This document shows positions 50,651 through 62,900 of a stretch of 64,000 nucleotides of DNA, piece after piece. The DNA is from Octopus vulgaris (Eukaryota), in NCBI GenBank assembly GCA_951406725.2, contig OX597820.1, forward strand, positions 620,001 through 684,000, in the 5' to 3' direction. Under the pieces are notes generated by a model. That model was not told the origin of the DNA. It saw only the letters and a list, made by a program, of their open reading frames with translations, and searched no databases. Each line of letters starts with the position of its first letter. Within the stretch, counting starts at the first letter, position 1. A program made the position numbers and the translations under genes.

Positions 50651-50742
50651 TGTAATTAATTAACAGTTAAACCCTTGTAAATTAACATACATTATAACTA
50701 TCCACTCACAAAAGAATCCTCGTGCATATCTCTTATTAGCTT

Positions 50743-53700
50743 CATCATCATCATCATCGTTTAACGTCCACTTTCCATGCTGGCATGCGTTGGACGGTTT
50801 GAAGGAGGACTGGTGAACGAGAGGCTGCACCAGACTCAATCTGATCTGGCAAAGTTTCTACAGCTGGATGCCCTTCCAAATGTCAACCACTCCGAGAGTG
50901 TAGTGGGTGCTTTTACATGCCACTGGCATGACGGCCAGTCAGGCGGTTCTGGCAATGACCACACTCAAAAGGTGGTTTTATGTGCTACCTGGACGGGAGC
51001 CAGTCCGGCGGCACTGTCAACGACCATGCTTAAATTTTGTTTTTCACATGCCACCAGCACGTGCCGGTAAGGCATTACTGGCAACGATCAAGCTCGAATG
51101 GTGCTTTTCACATGTTACCGGCATGGGAGCCAATCCGTGTCCCTGGCAAGGATCATCCTTGGATGTGCTTTTAACGCTCCACTGGCATGAGTACCAAGCA
51201 GGTGGTACTGTCATCGGCCATGTCAGCGATTTTGATTTGTTTACACTTGCCTCAATAGGTCTTTGCAAGCAAAGTTCATTGTCCAGTGAATGAGGGGTAT
51301 TCTTAAGTGGGCTAGTTACACCCACTGACATAGGCCATGGGCTATGGTCTCACTTGGCCTGTCGGGTCTTCTAAAGCACAGCATATCTCCAAAGGTCTCA
51401 GTCACTAGTCATTGCCTTGGTAAGGCCCAATGTTCAAGGGTCGTGCTTCACCACCTCATCCCAGGTTTTCCTGGGTCTACTTTTTCCACAGGTTCCCTCA
51501 ACCGCTAGGGTGTGACACTTTTTTACACAGCTGTCCTCATCCATTCTCGTCACATGACCATACCAGTGCAGACGTCTCTCTTGCACACCACAACTGATGC
51601 TTCTTAGTTCCAACTTTTTTCTCAAGGTACTTACACTCTGTCGAGTATGAACACTGACATTATACATCCAGTGGAGCAGACTGGTTTCATTCTTGGCAAG
51701 CTTACACATGTCCTCAGCAGTCATGGCCCATGTAGCACAGCTGTTTGTACACATGCATCATACAGTCTGCCTTTTACTCTGAGCGAGAGATCCTTTGTCA
51801 TCAGCAGAGACAGGAGCTCTCTGAACATTGCCCAGGCTATTCTTATTCTAGCAGCTACACTTTCAAAGCATCCACCCACCACTACTGACTTGGTCACCTA
51901 GGTAACAGAAGCTATCAACTACTTCTAGTTTTTCTCCCTGGAATGTGACAGAAGCTGTTCTCTGCACATTTTCTGTGTTTATAGCACCTGAGCATTTGCC
52001 ACATACAAAAACTATCTTCCTAGTTAGCGTTCCTTTAATATTGCTGCACCTCTTGTGTCCATACTTTACACAGGGTTCATCTTATGAAGTTTCTATGTAC
52101 GCATTTTCTACAGATCGGGCAGGGCCATCTACCTGAAGGCATTTGTGATTTGTCTACCTTCCTACTTATTAGGACTTTGGTTTTAGCTAGGTTGATTCTA
52201 AGGCCCTTCGATTCTAATCCTTGCTTCCACACCTGAAACTTCACCTCGAGTTCTGATAGTGATTCAGCAATTAGAGCAAGGTCGTCAGCATAGAGGAGTT
52301 CCCAGGGGCATCCTGTCTTGAATTCCTCTGTTATTGCCTGGAGGACTATGATAAATAGGAGGGGGTTGAGAACTGATCCTTGGTGGACCCCTACTCCTAC
52401 TAGGAATTTTTCACTGTACTCATTGCCAACCCTCACCTTACTGACAGCATCCCTGTACATGGCTTGCTCAGCTCTCACTAACCCTTCATCTATCTCTAGT
52501 TTCCCCATTGACCACCAGATAAGGGATTGGGGGACCCTGTGAAAGGCTTTCTTCATGTCAATGAAAGCCAGGTACAGAGGCTTATCTTTGGCTAGGTATT
52601 TCTCTTGCAGCTGTCTTACCCGAAATATAGCATCAGTAGTACTTTCCCCTGGCACGAACCCAAACTGCATCTCATCTAGATTGACTCTCTCCCTAATTAG
52701 TTGGGCTATGACCCTCTCTATGACCTTCATTACCGGATCCAACAACTTGATACCTCTGTAATATTTGTAGCAGTTGAGTATGGTGCTGCTACACCAGTCA
52801 TTGGGTATGACTCCTTCGTGTATCACCTGGTTAACTATACAGGTGACTCAGCTATAGCTAACACCGCCAGATATTTTGAGCATCTCTGCAGTAATTCCTG
52901 ATGGGCCTGGGGCTTTCCCTGTCTTCATACCCTTAATTGCTTTATCTACCAAGGTACTGTCAATTTGGATAGCTGGTCCCTCTGTTGGGTCAACATTCGG
53001 CAGACTCTCTTTCTCCCATTCATTCTCTTTATTGGGCAACCTTTCATAATGGCATCTCCAAACCTCACTCTTCGCAGCCTCATTTAATGCAAGTGAACCA
53101 TCTTCCATGCAGACACATTTCTCTCCTATGACATTATGATTCCCTCTCACACAGTCTTGCAACACGAAATACCTCAAGTCTTTGCTCCTCACGGCACAGA
53201 ACACTGGCAAATTTTTTCTTATCTGCTTCCCCCTCTGGCTAAATAAACTCATCTCCTAACTTCCCTTCTAGCAGTGTGATACAATTGCCTGCTACCACTG
53301 TTCTTTCAGTCCTTCCAAGCCTGTTTCTATTCCCTAATAGCCCTATCAACAACATTGTTCCACCACGACGTTACTTTGGGTTGAGTTGGGACTTTGCACC
53401 AGCCACAGATCTGGTCAGTGGCCCTCAGCAGGTTGTCCCATAGAAACCTCCAGTTGTCTTCCACATCATGTGATGCTATATCCCCCTCTATATCGCCAAA
53501 GGCTTTAATTAATACATCTAAATCTCTGTCCATTTGCAGGATCTTTAAGCTTCCAGACCCTTCTCCTCCATGCTGGTTGTCTTCTGGGCATCCACTTAGC
53601 CCTGATCCTAAAGTCACTAACTACCAGTCTATGTTGTGGGGTACATTCTTTGCCTGGGAAGGTTTTAGCATTTATAAGCAGCCATCTTTTCCTTTTTCTG

Positions 53701-54480
53701 GCGAGGATGTAGTCAGTTTGGCTAGTGTGTCTGCCAGAACAGTAGGTGACTAGCTGGCTGGCAGGTTTTCTGATGGTAGAATTGCAAACCATAAGATCAT
53801 TTGCATTGCAGAACTCCAGCAACCTGGTTCTATCCTCATTGCAGGAACCAAAACCATAGCCTCCATGTATGCTATGGAAGCTCCCTGCATGTTGTCCAAC
53901 ATGTCCATTGAAGTCACCAGCCACAAAGAGAAGGTCCCTGTCATTCGTCAATGAGGTAGTCTGCAAGATATGTCATAAAATCAGTCTTTCTGCCCATCAG
54001 GTAGCCCCGGCTGAGGGGCATAGGCTGAGATAATGGTTGCTAACCCATGATGTAGCACTAATCTAATCTTAAGTATTTTATCGCATACTCTGACTACCTC
54101 GATTACCTTATCAATCCATTTCTCTGCAACAAGTATACCCATGCCCCCAACCCCGTCATTGTTCCCTGCCCAGAAAGTCTTGTATCTGTGTTCTTTGTCT
54201 GAGAGGTACCTAGCGGAACCTCCTCTCCACCTTACTTCTTGGATGCAGCACAAATCTACACGTCTGTGTTGAAGCATCTCAACAATCTCACCAGACCTAC
54301 CTTTCAGTGGGCCCACGTTGAGTGTAACAACTCACTCTGAGGGTATGGGAGGTGTGGGCCTGTGAGACCCTGAGATGGGGGGCAGCAGTGTCATGTACCT
54401 GAAAAGAAAGCTCGCATTTGGCAGAATTCATAAACAAACAATAGCCTTCAACCTGCTGCGAAATAGCAAAATTAGACAAG
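50743..54480 (-). mobile_element. Near full-length decayed RTE LINE (APE + RT + 3' UTR)
   Basis: CIQEVRW, SAYAPQ, GDFNGHVG, KAPGPSG, GVHQGSVL and LLYADDL in several frameshifted pieces; (ATC)n tail at ~50743. Confidence 0.92.
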
Positions 54481-54499
54481 AGCATCTGGATTCGTACTC

Positions 54500-55170
54500 T
54501 TTCGGTGGAGTCATTAAAATGGAGTAGGGGAGTCCGAGTTATGTGCTAGTTTATATAGGGTTGGGTGGTGGAAGATGGGGAAGTATTGGCGAAGCAAGTG
54601 GTAATCGAAACAGAGAGGGGAGGGAGACCAGAATTAGGGTGGTCAGGGATAGAACATGAGGGAGAAAAATACTCTGTTGGGATTTTGGATAACAAAATTT
54701 AATGAAACAGCAAATGCTGATAATAGTGAAATAGAATTGAAAAATCTTAGAATTTTTGGTCAGCCAATCTGTGAGAAACAAGTGAGAAACTTGAATAAAC
54801 GAATAAGCGACAAATAGTGAAGGAACTTAGGTTTGTTTTAAGACAAAAGCGAGGAAATGAAACTATGTTTACATGGTAATGAAACAGATAGAATAATGAA
54901 AGGGACTAATAAGGGGTTTATGATCTGTGCAGAAATAGAGAAGTAGATGAACAAGGTTGAAAAAAAAGATTTTTTTTTTCTTATCTGAGCATCTCCTGGA
55001 CTTGTTTCGGCAGAGTTATTAAAATGGAGTAGGGGAATCCGAATGTGTGTGCTAGTTTATATAGGGTTGGATGGTGGAGGATGGGGAAGTACTGGCGAAG
55101 CAAGTGGTAATCGAAACTGAGAGACAGAATGAGGCAAAGGGGGAAGGGGCCAGAGTCAGGATGGTCAGGG
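54500..55170 (-). repeat. Duplicated ~150-bp segment (54500-54650 and 55005-55170) upstream of the RTE ORF
   Basis: ttaaaatggagtagggga.tccga...gctagtttatatagggttgg.tggtgga.gatggggaagta.tggcgaagcaagtggtaatcgaaac occurs twice. Confidence 0.8.
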
Positions 55171-55202
55171 ATATAATGAAATATTTCTTTATTGTTTATG
55201 TA

Positions 55203-55523
55203 TGAGGTGTATTGAAAAAGTATCTGACCACTGGGTGTAAAAAAAAATGTATGTTTTACAAATTTTATGTAATCACCTTCAAAACACTTCCCTTGGGAGT
55301 TCACATATTTCTCGTAGCAGTTCTGCTCCTGCTGGTAACACCTCTGGAATGCTGCAGAGCTTTGCTATCACTTTCCTCATAATTTTCTCTTGTGGCTCTA
55401 ATCACTTTCCTTTCAGTATGGTTTTCAGTTTCGAGAAGATTAGAAGTCTCATGGTGCTAAGTCGGGAGAGTAGGGTGCTTGTTGGACAAGTGGTGTGTTG
55501 TTCTTGACCAGGAAAGGCTGGAT
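55203..55523 (-). mobile_element. Mariner remnant (3' end with TIR)
   Basis: IFSKLKTILKGK and KCFEGDYIK resemble the mariner transposase C-terminus. TIR-like ta|tgaggtgtattgaaaaagtatctgac. Confidence 0.65.
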
Positions 55524-55525
55524 TA

Positions 55526-55991
55526 CAAGGTGTGTTCAAAAAGTGTCTGACTTTATTTTCCCACTCACACTTTGCATGCACAAATCCTCCATTAAAATAA
55601 AAAGCACTGATCTTGTGCTTATTCCCACTTTGTGAGAGATTTTTTGGATTGTTACAACAGTCATCCATGACTTTTTGCTGAACCTTCTCAATTGGCTCCT
55701 CATTTTGGTTAGTGGATAGTCTACCTGAGCGTGCCTTGCTGTCTGAAGCAGCTGTATCACTCCTTGATCTGAGTTTAGCCCATGGTTTGAGCTTGAGTAT
55801 CACCAAGCTTTTGGCAAAATCTGATGAGTGCACACTACACGTGTGTAATCTAGGCGTAACTGCCAGGAACTGATGTGGCCTACCAGCATGAAAAAAATGT
55901 TCATACATGAGCAGGAAGAGTGGTATCACTTGCCACCAAAAGGCTTTTGCCCAGGAAAAAATAAAGTCAGATACCTTTTGAATGCACTTCA
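55526..55991. mobile_element. Internally deleted mariner/MITE with ~35-bp TIRs and TA duplication
   Basis: TA|caaggtgtgttcaaaaagtgtctgactttatttt ... aaaataaagtcagataccttttgaatgcacttca|TA. Confidence 0.75.
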
Positions 55992-56264
55992 TATTTGTAA
56001 CAGTAACTTTCAGGTTGGATATATGAGAACACAATTCACAGCTATTCACAGACAATGTCTAATAAATTAATTTTATATTTTCTCTCTTAGAATATTACTA
56101 TTTGAAAAGATTGAAAAGAATGCCTCTTTTAAGCATATCACAGTGGTAAGTTATAGGTGTAGAGGTTATATAAAATATAAAATTGAGGTTGTTATCACAC
56201 AACTTCTTTCCTGTGTGAATATGTTCTATGGTTATTGCTTTACATAGAATGAATTTAGACAGCA

Positions 56265-56420
56265 AGTGTGGTGTGTAATTAAAAGATTGTTTCATAGCCA
56301 ACTGGTTGGGTTCCATCCCACGATGTAACACCTTGGGCAAGTGTCTTCCACTTTAACTCCAGGCTGATCAAAGCCTTGGGAATTGATTTGGTAGACAAAA
56401 ACTAAAAGAAGTCCATTGTG
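56265..56420 (+). mobile_element. Decayed family B SINE head
   Basis: Aligns to 2925-3080 with CpG losses. Confidence 0.7.
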
Positions 56421-56599
56421 TGTGTGTGAGAGAGAGAAAGAGTAGGCCACAGAAAATTTGCCTCAATTATCTGTCTGACCCATGCAAGCAAGGAAATTTG
56501 AATGTTAAAACAACGATGACAACAGTATTCTGTATTAAGATATTCATATGTAGGTAGGTAATTGTTTTGGAAGAATGATTTATCACAGTCATATGCCTT

Positions 56600-57982
56600 T
56601 TATGCTGTATGAGTATACTTGTGTCTTTTTAAGTTACCAGCATGAGAGAATGATCTACCACAGATATTACATTGATATGGCTTCTCTCCTGTGTGAATAC
56701 GTTTGTGAGTAATTAAGTGACTTGTTACAGAGAATGGTTTCCCACAGATGTCACAGTGATATTGCCTTTCTCCTCTACGAATGTGTTTGTGATCAGTCAA
56801 CTTACTATTTACAGGGAATGATTTCTCAGTTAAATGAAGGTGTTTGTGTTTAGTTAAGTACCTGTTGTGAGAAAATGGTATACCACAAATATCACAGTGA
56901 TATGGTTTCTCTCCTATATGGATGCGTTTGTGTTTAGTTACGTCACTATTTTGAGAGAACGAATTACCACAGATATCACAGTGATATGGCTTCTCTCCTG
57001 TATGAATACGTTTGTGAATAATTAAATGACTTGTTTGAGAAAATGATTTGCCACAGATATCACAATGATATGGTTTGTCTCCTGTATGAATATGTTTATG
57101 TGTAGTTAGGTGACTTCTTTGAGAAAATGATATACCACAGATATCACACTGGTATGGCTTCTCTCCTGTATGAATATGTCTGTGTATAGTTAATTTACTT
57201 CTAGCAAAGAATGATTTACCACAGATCTCACAGAAATATGGCTTCTTTCCTTTATGAATATAGCTGTGATGTACGGTTAGAGTACTTCCATGAGAGAAGG
57301 ATATATCACACATATCACAGCGGTATGGTTTCCCTCCTGTATGAATACGTCTATGCATAGTTAAGTTACTTGTTGCAGAGAATGATTTATCACAGATATC
57401 ACACTGATGTGGTTTCTCTCCTGTATGAATGTACTTATGTGTAGTTAAGTTACTCGCTGCAGAAAATGATTTACCACAGATATCACAATGATAAGGTTTC
57501 TCTCCTGTATGAATATGTCTATGTACATTTAGGTTACTTGTTGCTGAGAAAGATTTGCCACAGATATCACAGTGATATGGCTTCTCTCCTGTATGAATGC
57601 GTTGGTGTTTAGTTAAGTTACTTCCTACAGAGAATGATTTACCACAGATATTACAGTGATATGGTTTTTCTCCTGTATGAGTATGTCTGTGAGTAGTTAA
57701 GTGACCTCTTTGAGAGAATGATTTATCACAGACTTCACAGTGATATGGCTTCTCTCCTGTATGAATGTGTCTGTGTTTTGATAAGTTACTTTTTTCAGAG
57801 AATGATTTACCACAGATATTGCAATCGTATGGTTTTTCACCGGTATGAATACGTTTGTGAGTGTTTAGGTTGCCTTTTTTAGCGAATGACTTTTTACAGA
57901 TATCACAGTGATGTGATGATTTTCTTATTGCTTTCAGTATCCCATCATTAATTACATTTAACCTACTGCTCACATAATTCAT
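56600..57982 (-). CDS. Tandem C2H2 zinc-finger protein, 460 aa, 15 intact fingers plus 1 degenerate, no effector domain
   Basis: Repeated YxCxxCGKSFSxxSxLxxHxxxH-TGEKP in an uninterrupted ORF. Confidence 0.95.
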   Translation of the reverse strand: MNYVSSRLNVINDGILKAIRKSSHHCDICKKSFAKKGNLNTHKRIHTGEKPYDCNICGKSFSEKSNLSKHRHIHTGEKPYHCEVCDKSFSQRGHLTTHRHTHTGEKPYHCNICGKSFSVGSNLTKHQRIHTGEKPYHCDICGKSFSATSNLNVHRHIHTGEKPYHCDICGKSFSAASNLTTHKYIHTGEKPHQCDICDKSFSATSNLTMHRRIHTGGKPYRCDMCDISFSHGSTLTVHHSYIHKGKKPYFCEICGKSFFARSKLTIHRHIHTGEKPYQCDICGISFSQRSHLTTHKHIHTGDKPYHCDICGKSFSQTSHLIIHKRIHTGEKPYHCDICGNSFSQNSDVTKHKRIHIGEKPYHCDICGIPFSHNRYLTKHKHLHLTEKSFPVNSKLTDHKHIRRGERQYHCDICGKPFSVTSHLITHKRIHTGEKPYQCNICGRSFSHAGNLKRHKYTHTA

Positions 57983-58333
57983 TTTCTATAAGTTTTTTTT
58001 CTTCCACCACAATATATATATGTATATATATATAAATATTTCTTGTCTTTTTTTGTATATTTGACTCATAAGAAATATTTTTACTGTTATCTTCTCATCA
58101 ACTGAGCTCTTTGTCAATGTCTGAAGAAGCTGCAACCTCTTTTGTAAATTTGTCCAGGTTGAAGGAGAATGAAAAGATCATCTTAAACAGATTCCAGACA
58201 GTAATTCTATCAGATTTATACAAACAGGGTTATATAATTTCTGTATATTTTCCTTAAGTCTTTAAAAGATGATAAAAAGTTGATGATGCATCTGATGTAA
58301 ACATTTTCTTTTTAGCCAATACCATCTGATATT

Positions 58334-58353
58334 CTGAAATAACAGAGAGAAAC
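58334..58353 (-). promoter_or_regulatory. Probable splice acceptor of the ZNF coding exon (exon would start at 58333)
   Basis: Minus strand gtttctctctgttatttcag|aatatc. Confidence 0.55.
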
Positions 58354-58419
58354 AATATAAGATGTAGATGATACATAAAATGTAAATATAACAATGAACA
58401 TTTTTCTCGATTTCTATGG

Positions 58420-59610
58420 TGATGAACTGTCGAGAGAAGTATCTAGTTAAAAGTAGGCCATTGTACCTGGCATTCACTGACCTGGAGAATGTCTTTGACA
58501 GGGTTCCCCCGCTCTATGATATGGTGATCTCTGAGGAAGCTAGGAGTTGATGAATGGTTTATGAGGGTTGTACAAGCCACGTATAGGGATGCAGTCAGTA
58601 AAGTGACAGTTGGGCATGAGTACTACAATAAAGTAGGGTACAGGTAGGTGTGTACTGGGGCTCAGTTCTTATCCCTTCTTATTCATCCTTGTTCTCCAGA
58701 TCATAATAGTGGAATTTATAACTTGCTGCCTTTGGGAACTATTATATGTCAATGACCTCATTCTTAAAGCAGAATCTATAGTAGAATTTGAAAAGAAATT
58801 CTTGGTAATGGAAGCAAACCTGGAATTGAAGGGCCTTAAAGTTAACTAAGCAAAGACAAAAGTTCTAGTAAGCAGAAAAATAGACCCACCCCCAACCTGC
58901 TCAGGTAAATGGCCCTGGTTGATATGTAGGAGAGGTTAAGGCAGGAATTCAATATAATGTACGTGGTGCAAGCTACGGACGCAAAAGTGATGCAGTGGAA
59001 TCGCAGGAAAATTAACTGAGAAAGTAGTGTGTATGTGGAAGAAGCATAGGAGCCATAAGGACTAAGGAGACAGGGAATATAGATTTTCTTGAACGCCTTG
59101 GAGGCTCCTTAGAAATAATGGATGACATTCTGAAAATATAGTTGCTAGAATAAGGAGGTATTACTTTGTTGGTTACAAAAGGTTTCTCTCTCTCTGAACA
59201 AAGGCAGACTGTATGATGCTTTGGTACTAAAAGCAAAGCTACATTGTAGTGTGATGTAGACCATGAATATAGAGGAAATGCAAGGACTAGAGAGGACTGA
59301 AGCTAGTACACTCTGCTGGATGTGCATACATGACAAAGTGCCATGGTTTTGATCTTTCAAAAATAAGACATAAAAGGAATGAGTTGTAGTGTGTAAGACA
59401 GACAACTGCACTGGTTTGGTCATGTGATGTGTATGGCTGAGATCAGCTGTACAAAGAAATGCTGGTTGTTTAATGTGGATGGGAACTTGTGGAAGAGGAA
59501 GACGTGGGATGAAGTAGTGAAGGCTGAGCAGAAGATAAGAAGGGCCCAATATGAATGGCAATTCACTATGCTTGAGAAGACCTGTCCAACACAGCAAAAA
59601 AGATATCTTA
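58420..59610 (+). mobile_element. Decayed RTE LINE RT fragment
   Basis: Homologous to ~51430-52620 (EKYLVKSRPLYLAFTDLENVFDRVP), with many stops. Confidence 0.85.
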
Positions 59611-59907
59611 AATAAAAGCATTCTGATTATGCTTGTAACTGATTTTGCCCTGTCAACCATTCCTCACATCTCCTTCCTCTAACACCCAGCTTTCCATCAC
59701 TTTGCAGATTATCCCTTCCTCTTTCTGTGTACCTTCATCACTCCACATATTACCCCTCCCTCCCCTATTTATATTTCTACACTCTCAGTTATCTCTCTCC
59801 TATGTAACACACCATTAAAATATTTCACATATGGACTATAAGAACTGCTGTAATTTAATCATCCTTAGTCTGATGTGATATTTCAGAATATAAAATTCCT
59901 TCTTCAG

Positions 59908-60722
59908 ATCATCATCATCATCATCATCATCGTTTAACGTCCGCTTTCCATGCTAGCATGGGTTGGACGGTTCAACTGGGGTCTGGGAAGCCCGAAGGCT
60001 GCACCAGGCCAGTCAGATGTGGCAGTGTTTCTACAGCTGGATGCCCTTCCTAACGCCAACCACTCCGAGAGTGTAGTGGGTGATTTTATGTGCCACCGAC
60101 ACAGGTGCCAGACGAGGCTGGCAGACGGCCACGCTCGGATGGTGTTTTTTATGTGCCACCGACACAGGTGCCAGACGAGGCTGGCAGACGGCCACGCTCG
60201 GATGGTGTTTTTTATGTGCCACCGACACAGGTGCCAGACGAGGCTGGCAGACGGCCACGCTCGGATGGTGTTTTCTTATGTGTCACCGACACAGGTGCTA
60301 GACGAGGCTGGCGGACGGCCACGCTCGGATGGTGTTTGTTACGTGCCCTCAGCACGGAGGCCAGTCATTGCGGTACTGGCTACGGTCACGTTCGGATGGT
60401 TTTCTTATGTGCCACCGGCACTGGTACCACAAGGATACAAATTCCATTGATGTTCATCTATTTTGATTTGGTTCGATTTGATTTGATACGATTCGATTCT
60501 CACTTGCCTCAACAGGTCTTCACAAGTGTCACAAGAAGGAAGGTATGCACAGGTGGACTGACTACGTCCCAGGTAGGGGCCACGGATTATGGCTTCACTA
60601 GTCTTGCCGGGTCTTCTCACGCACAGCATACTTCCATAGGTCTCGGTCTCTAGTCATTTCCATGGTGAGACCTAACGTCCGAAGGTCGTGCTTCACCACC
60701 TCGTCCCAGGTTTTCCTGGGTC
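59908..60722 (-). mobile_element. Younger RTE 3'-end insertion containing a 63-bp tandem repeat
   Basis: (ATC)n tail at 59908-59931; homologous to 50743-51475; repeat units start at 60091, 60154, 60217 and 60281. Confidence 0.85.
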
Positions 60723-61309
60723 ATCCCTAGGAATTGATGGAGCTGCTGCTATAATCAGCTTCAACAGCTAGATACCTTTCCTAATGCCAACCACTTTTCA
60801 GCATGTAATATCTGAAGAAAGAATTTTATGTTCCAAAATATCATATCAGACTATGGATGATTAAATTACAACAGTTATTATAGTCCATTGTTGTACCATT
60901 CAGAATAATTTATTCTTTATAAACAATATACAATGCTTCAAGCAAGCTACAATACTCTCCTATTTCACATATCTGCTTTCACCCTCAGCACCCTCTTATA
61001 TATGCCATCACATCTTACTTACTATAGCCACCCTTATATACTGCTACACTTCTCTCCTTTCCACTACTATACATTGTACATCATACTCTGCCCCTCATCC
61101 TTCTGATCTACCCCCTCTTAAGCCACTTCTATCGCTCACCATACCCTCTCTCTCCATATAGCTGTTTCCCATCACTTATATCTCTCCCATCTCCAATCAT
61201 CTGTTACTCTTCCCTCACACACTTATAAAAATACCCACTACTTTCTACCATTTCCTGACCCACTGTCTGGATCCTCTTTTACACTCACTTTTCTATGCCC
61301 TGGGAGTCA

Positions 61310-62900
61310 GCTCTGGCATTCCATCACTACCATCTTTATCCCCTCCCAACTGCTCACAGCCACTAGAGCCAGTGACATGAAGAGGCTCCCAGCACCTGCT
61401 GAAAAGTGGTTGGCATTAGGAAGGGTATCTAGCTGTAGAAGCCATGTTGAAGCTCAGCCAAGCTGGGCAGCTTGATGCGTGCTCTCAAACCATCCAATCT
61501 ATATCGGAATGGAAAATGGCTGCTAAATGATGATGGGAGAAGAAACATTTACCTAAACAAATGACTTTTAATTTCTAATTGGATGTTAAAATTCCATCAT
61601 ACAACCTTGTGTGAAGTTGATATATTTAAAGACTGCAGCTACATTTTCAGACTGTGTAACATCATCAATGTTTTAGCATCCAGTTTTCCAGGCTTACATA
61701 GGTTAGATGGAATTTGTCAAGGTAGTTTTTCTATGGCCGGATGTTCTTGTCACCAACTCTTACTTGTTTCCAAAGCAAGGTAATATTTCCCATAACTAGA
61801 TATGCCCCCCCCCACATATCTACTGCAATCTCCACCATATATTTCTCTCCATCATTTGCTACAGTCACCTTAATCCTGCCCATTCACTCAGACCAAACCT
61901 TGGTATCACCTCACCTATTCTCACCACTCTCAATGTCCCTGAAGGTCATGTCCTGGCACATCTTTGCAATCATCTCCCTCACTATCATTCTCTTTATCTT
62001 ATTCTCTAACTCAATCTTCTTTCTTTTCCAGTAGGAGTATCCCTGTATCTACACCACAACAAAACACTTATCTGTCCCCCTGTACATCTAATTTTTCAAC
62101 TGGCACAAAGTGACACCCTCTCAATACTACTCCCCACTACCAATTGATGGGATTTTGTCTTGAGGTATTTGGTGATCTTGTTAGTGCCGGTGCCACATAA
62201 AAAGCACCCAGTCCACACCCTGTAAAATGGTTGGCATTAGGAAGGACATCCAGCTGTAGAAACCATGCCAAAACAAACAATGAAGCCTGTTGGGGCTCCT
62301 AGCCTTGTCAGCTCCTGTCAACCATCCAACCCATGCCAGCATGATGGAAAATTTGATCTTAAGTGATGATGATGATATATAAAAGATGAACGTCTTTCAG
62401 TTTTTGTCAACCAAATACAGCCTCAGCCGATAGTAGAAGAGACTTGCCCAAGGTGTCATGTAGTGAGACTGAAATCAAAACCTTGTGGTTGAGAAAGTTT
62501 CAAGTTCCCATTTCTCAGAATTGTGATGAATGAGAATGTGAAATTCTGAGTAACAGTTTTGTGCATATATATTTTGCAGGGTTAAGATTAGGGTTATATA
62601 AAATACTTCTGATTCATCATCTTTCTTCCCCTTAAATATGAGTCACCGTGTAGCTCCGCTACAAGAACCTGCTCTACCCCAACCTCAACTCTCAAAACCC
62701 ATCTAAAACAAGGATGCACTCCTCTCCTTGGATTTTGTAGACTTGTGAGCTGCATGGTAACCTCAGTAGTACTAGTGACATGAAAAAGCACTGGTTAGCA
62801 TTAGAAAGGGTTTGCAGCAGGGAACAGTGCAGTCCTTTGATTCATCAGATCCAGTCAAACTGTTCAATTCATGCAACACGGACGTTAAATGATGGTATCA
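61310..62900. mobile_element. Cluster of short RTE 3'-UTR/SINE remnants (~61310-61535, ~61660-61790, ~62150-62375, ~62730-62900)
   Basis: Recurring tggttggcattaggaagg..atc.agctgtagaa motif and (GAT)n ends. Confidence 0.7.
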
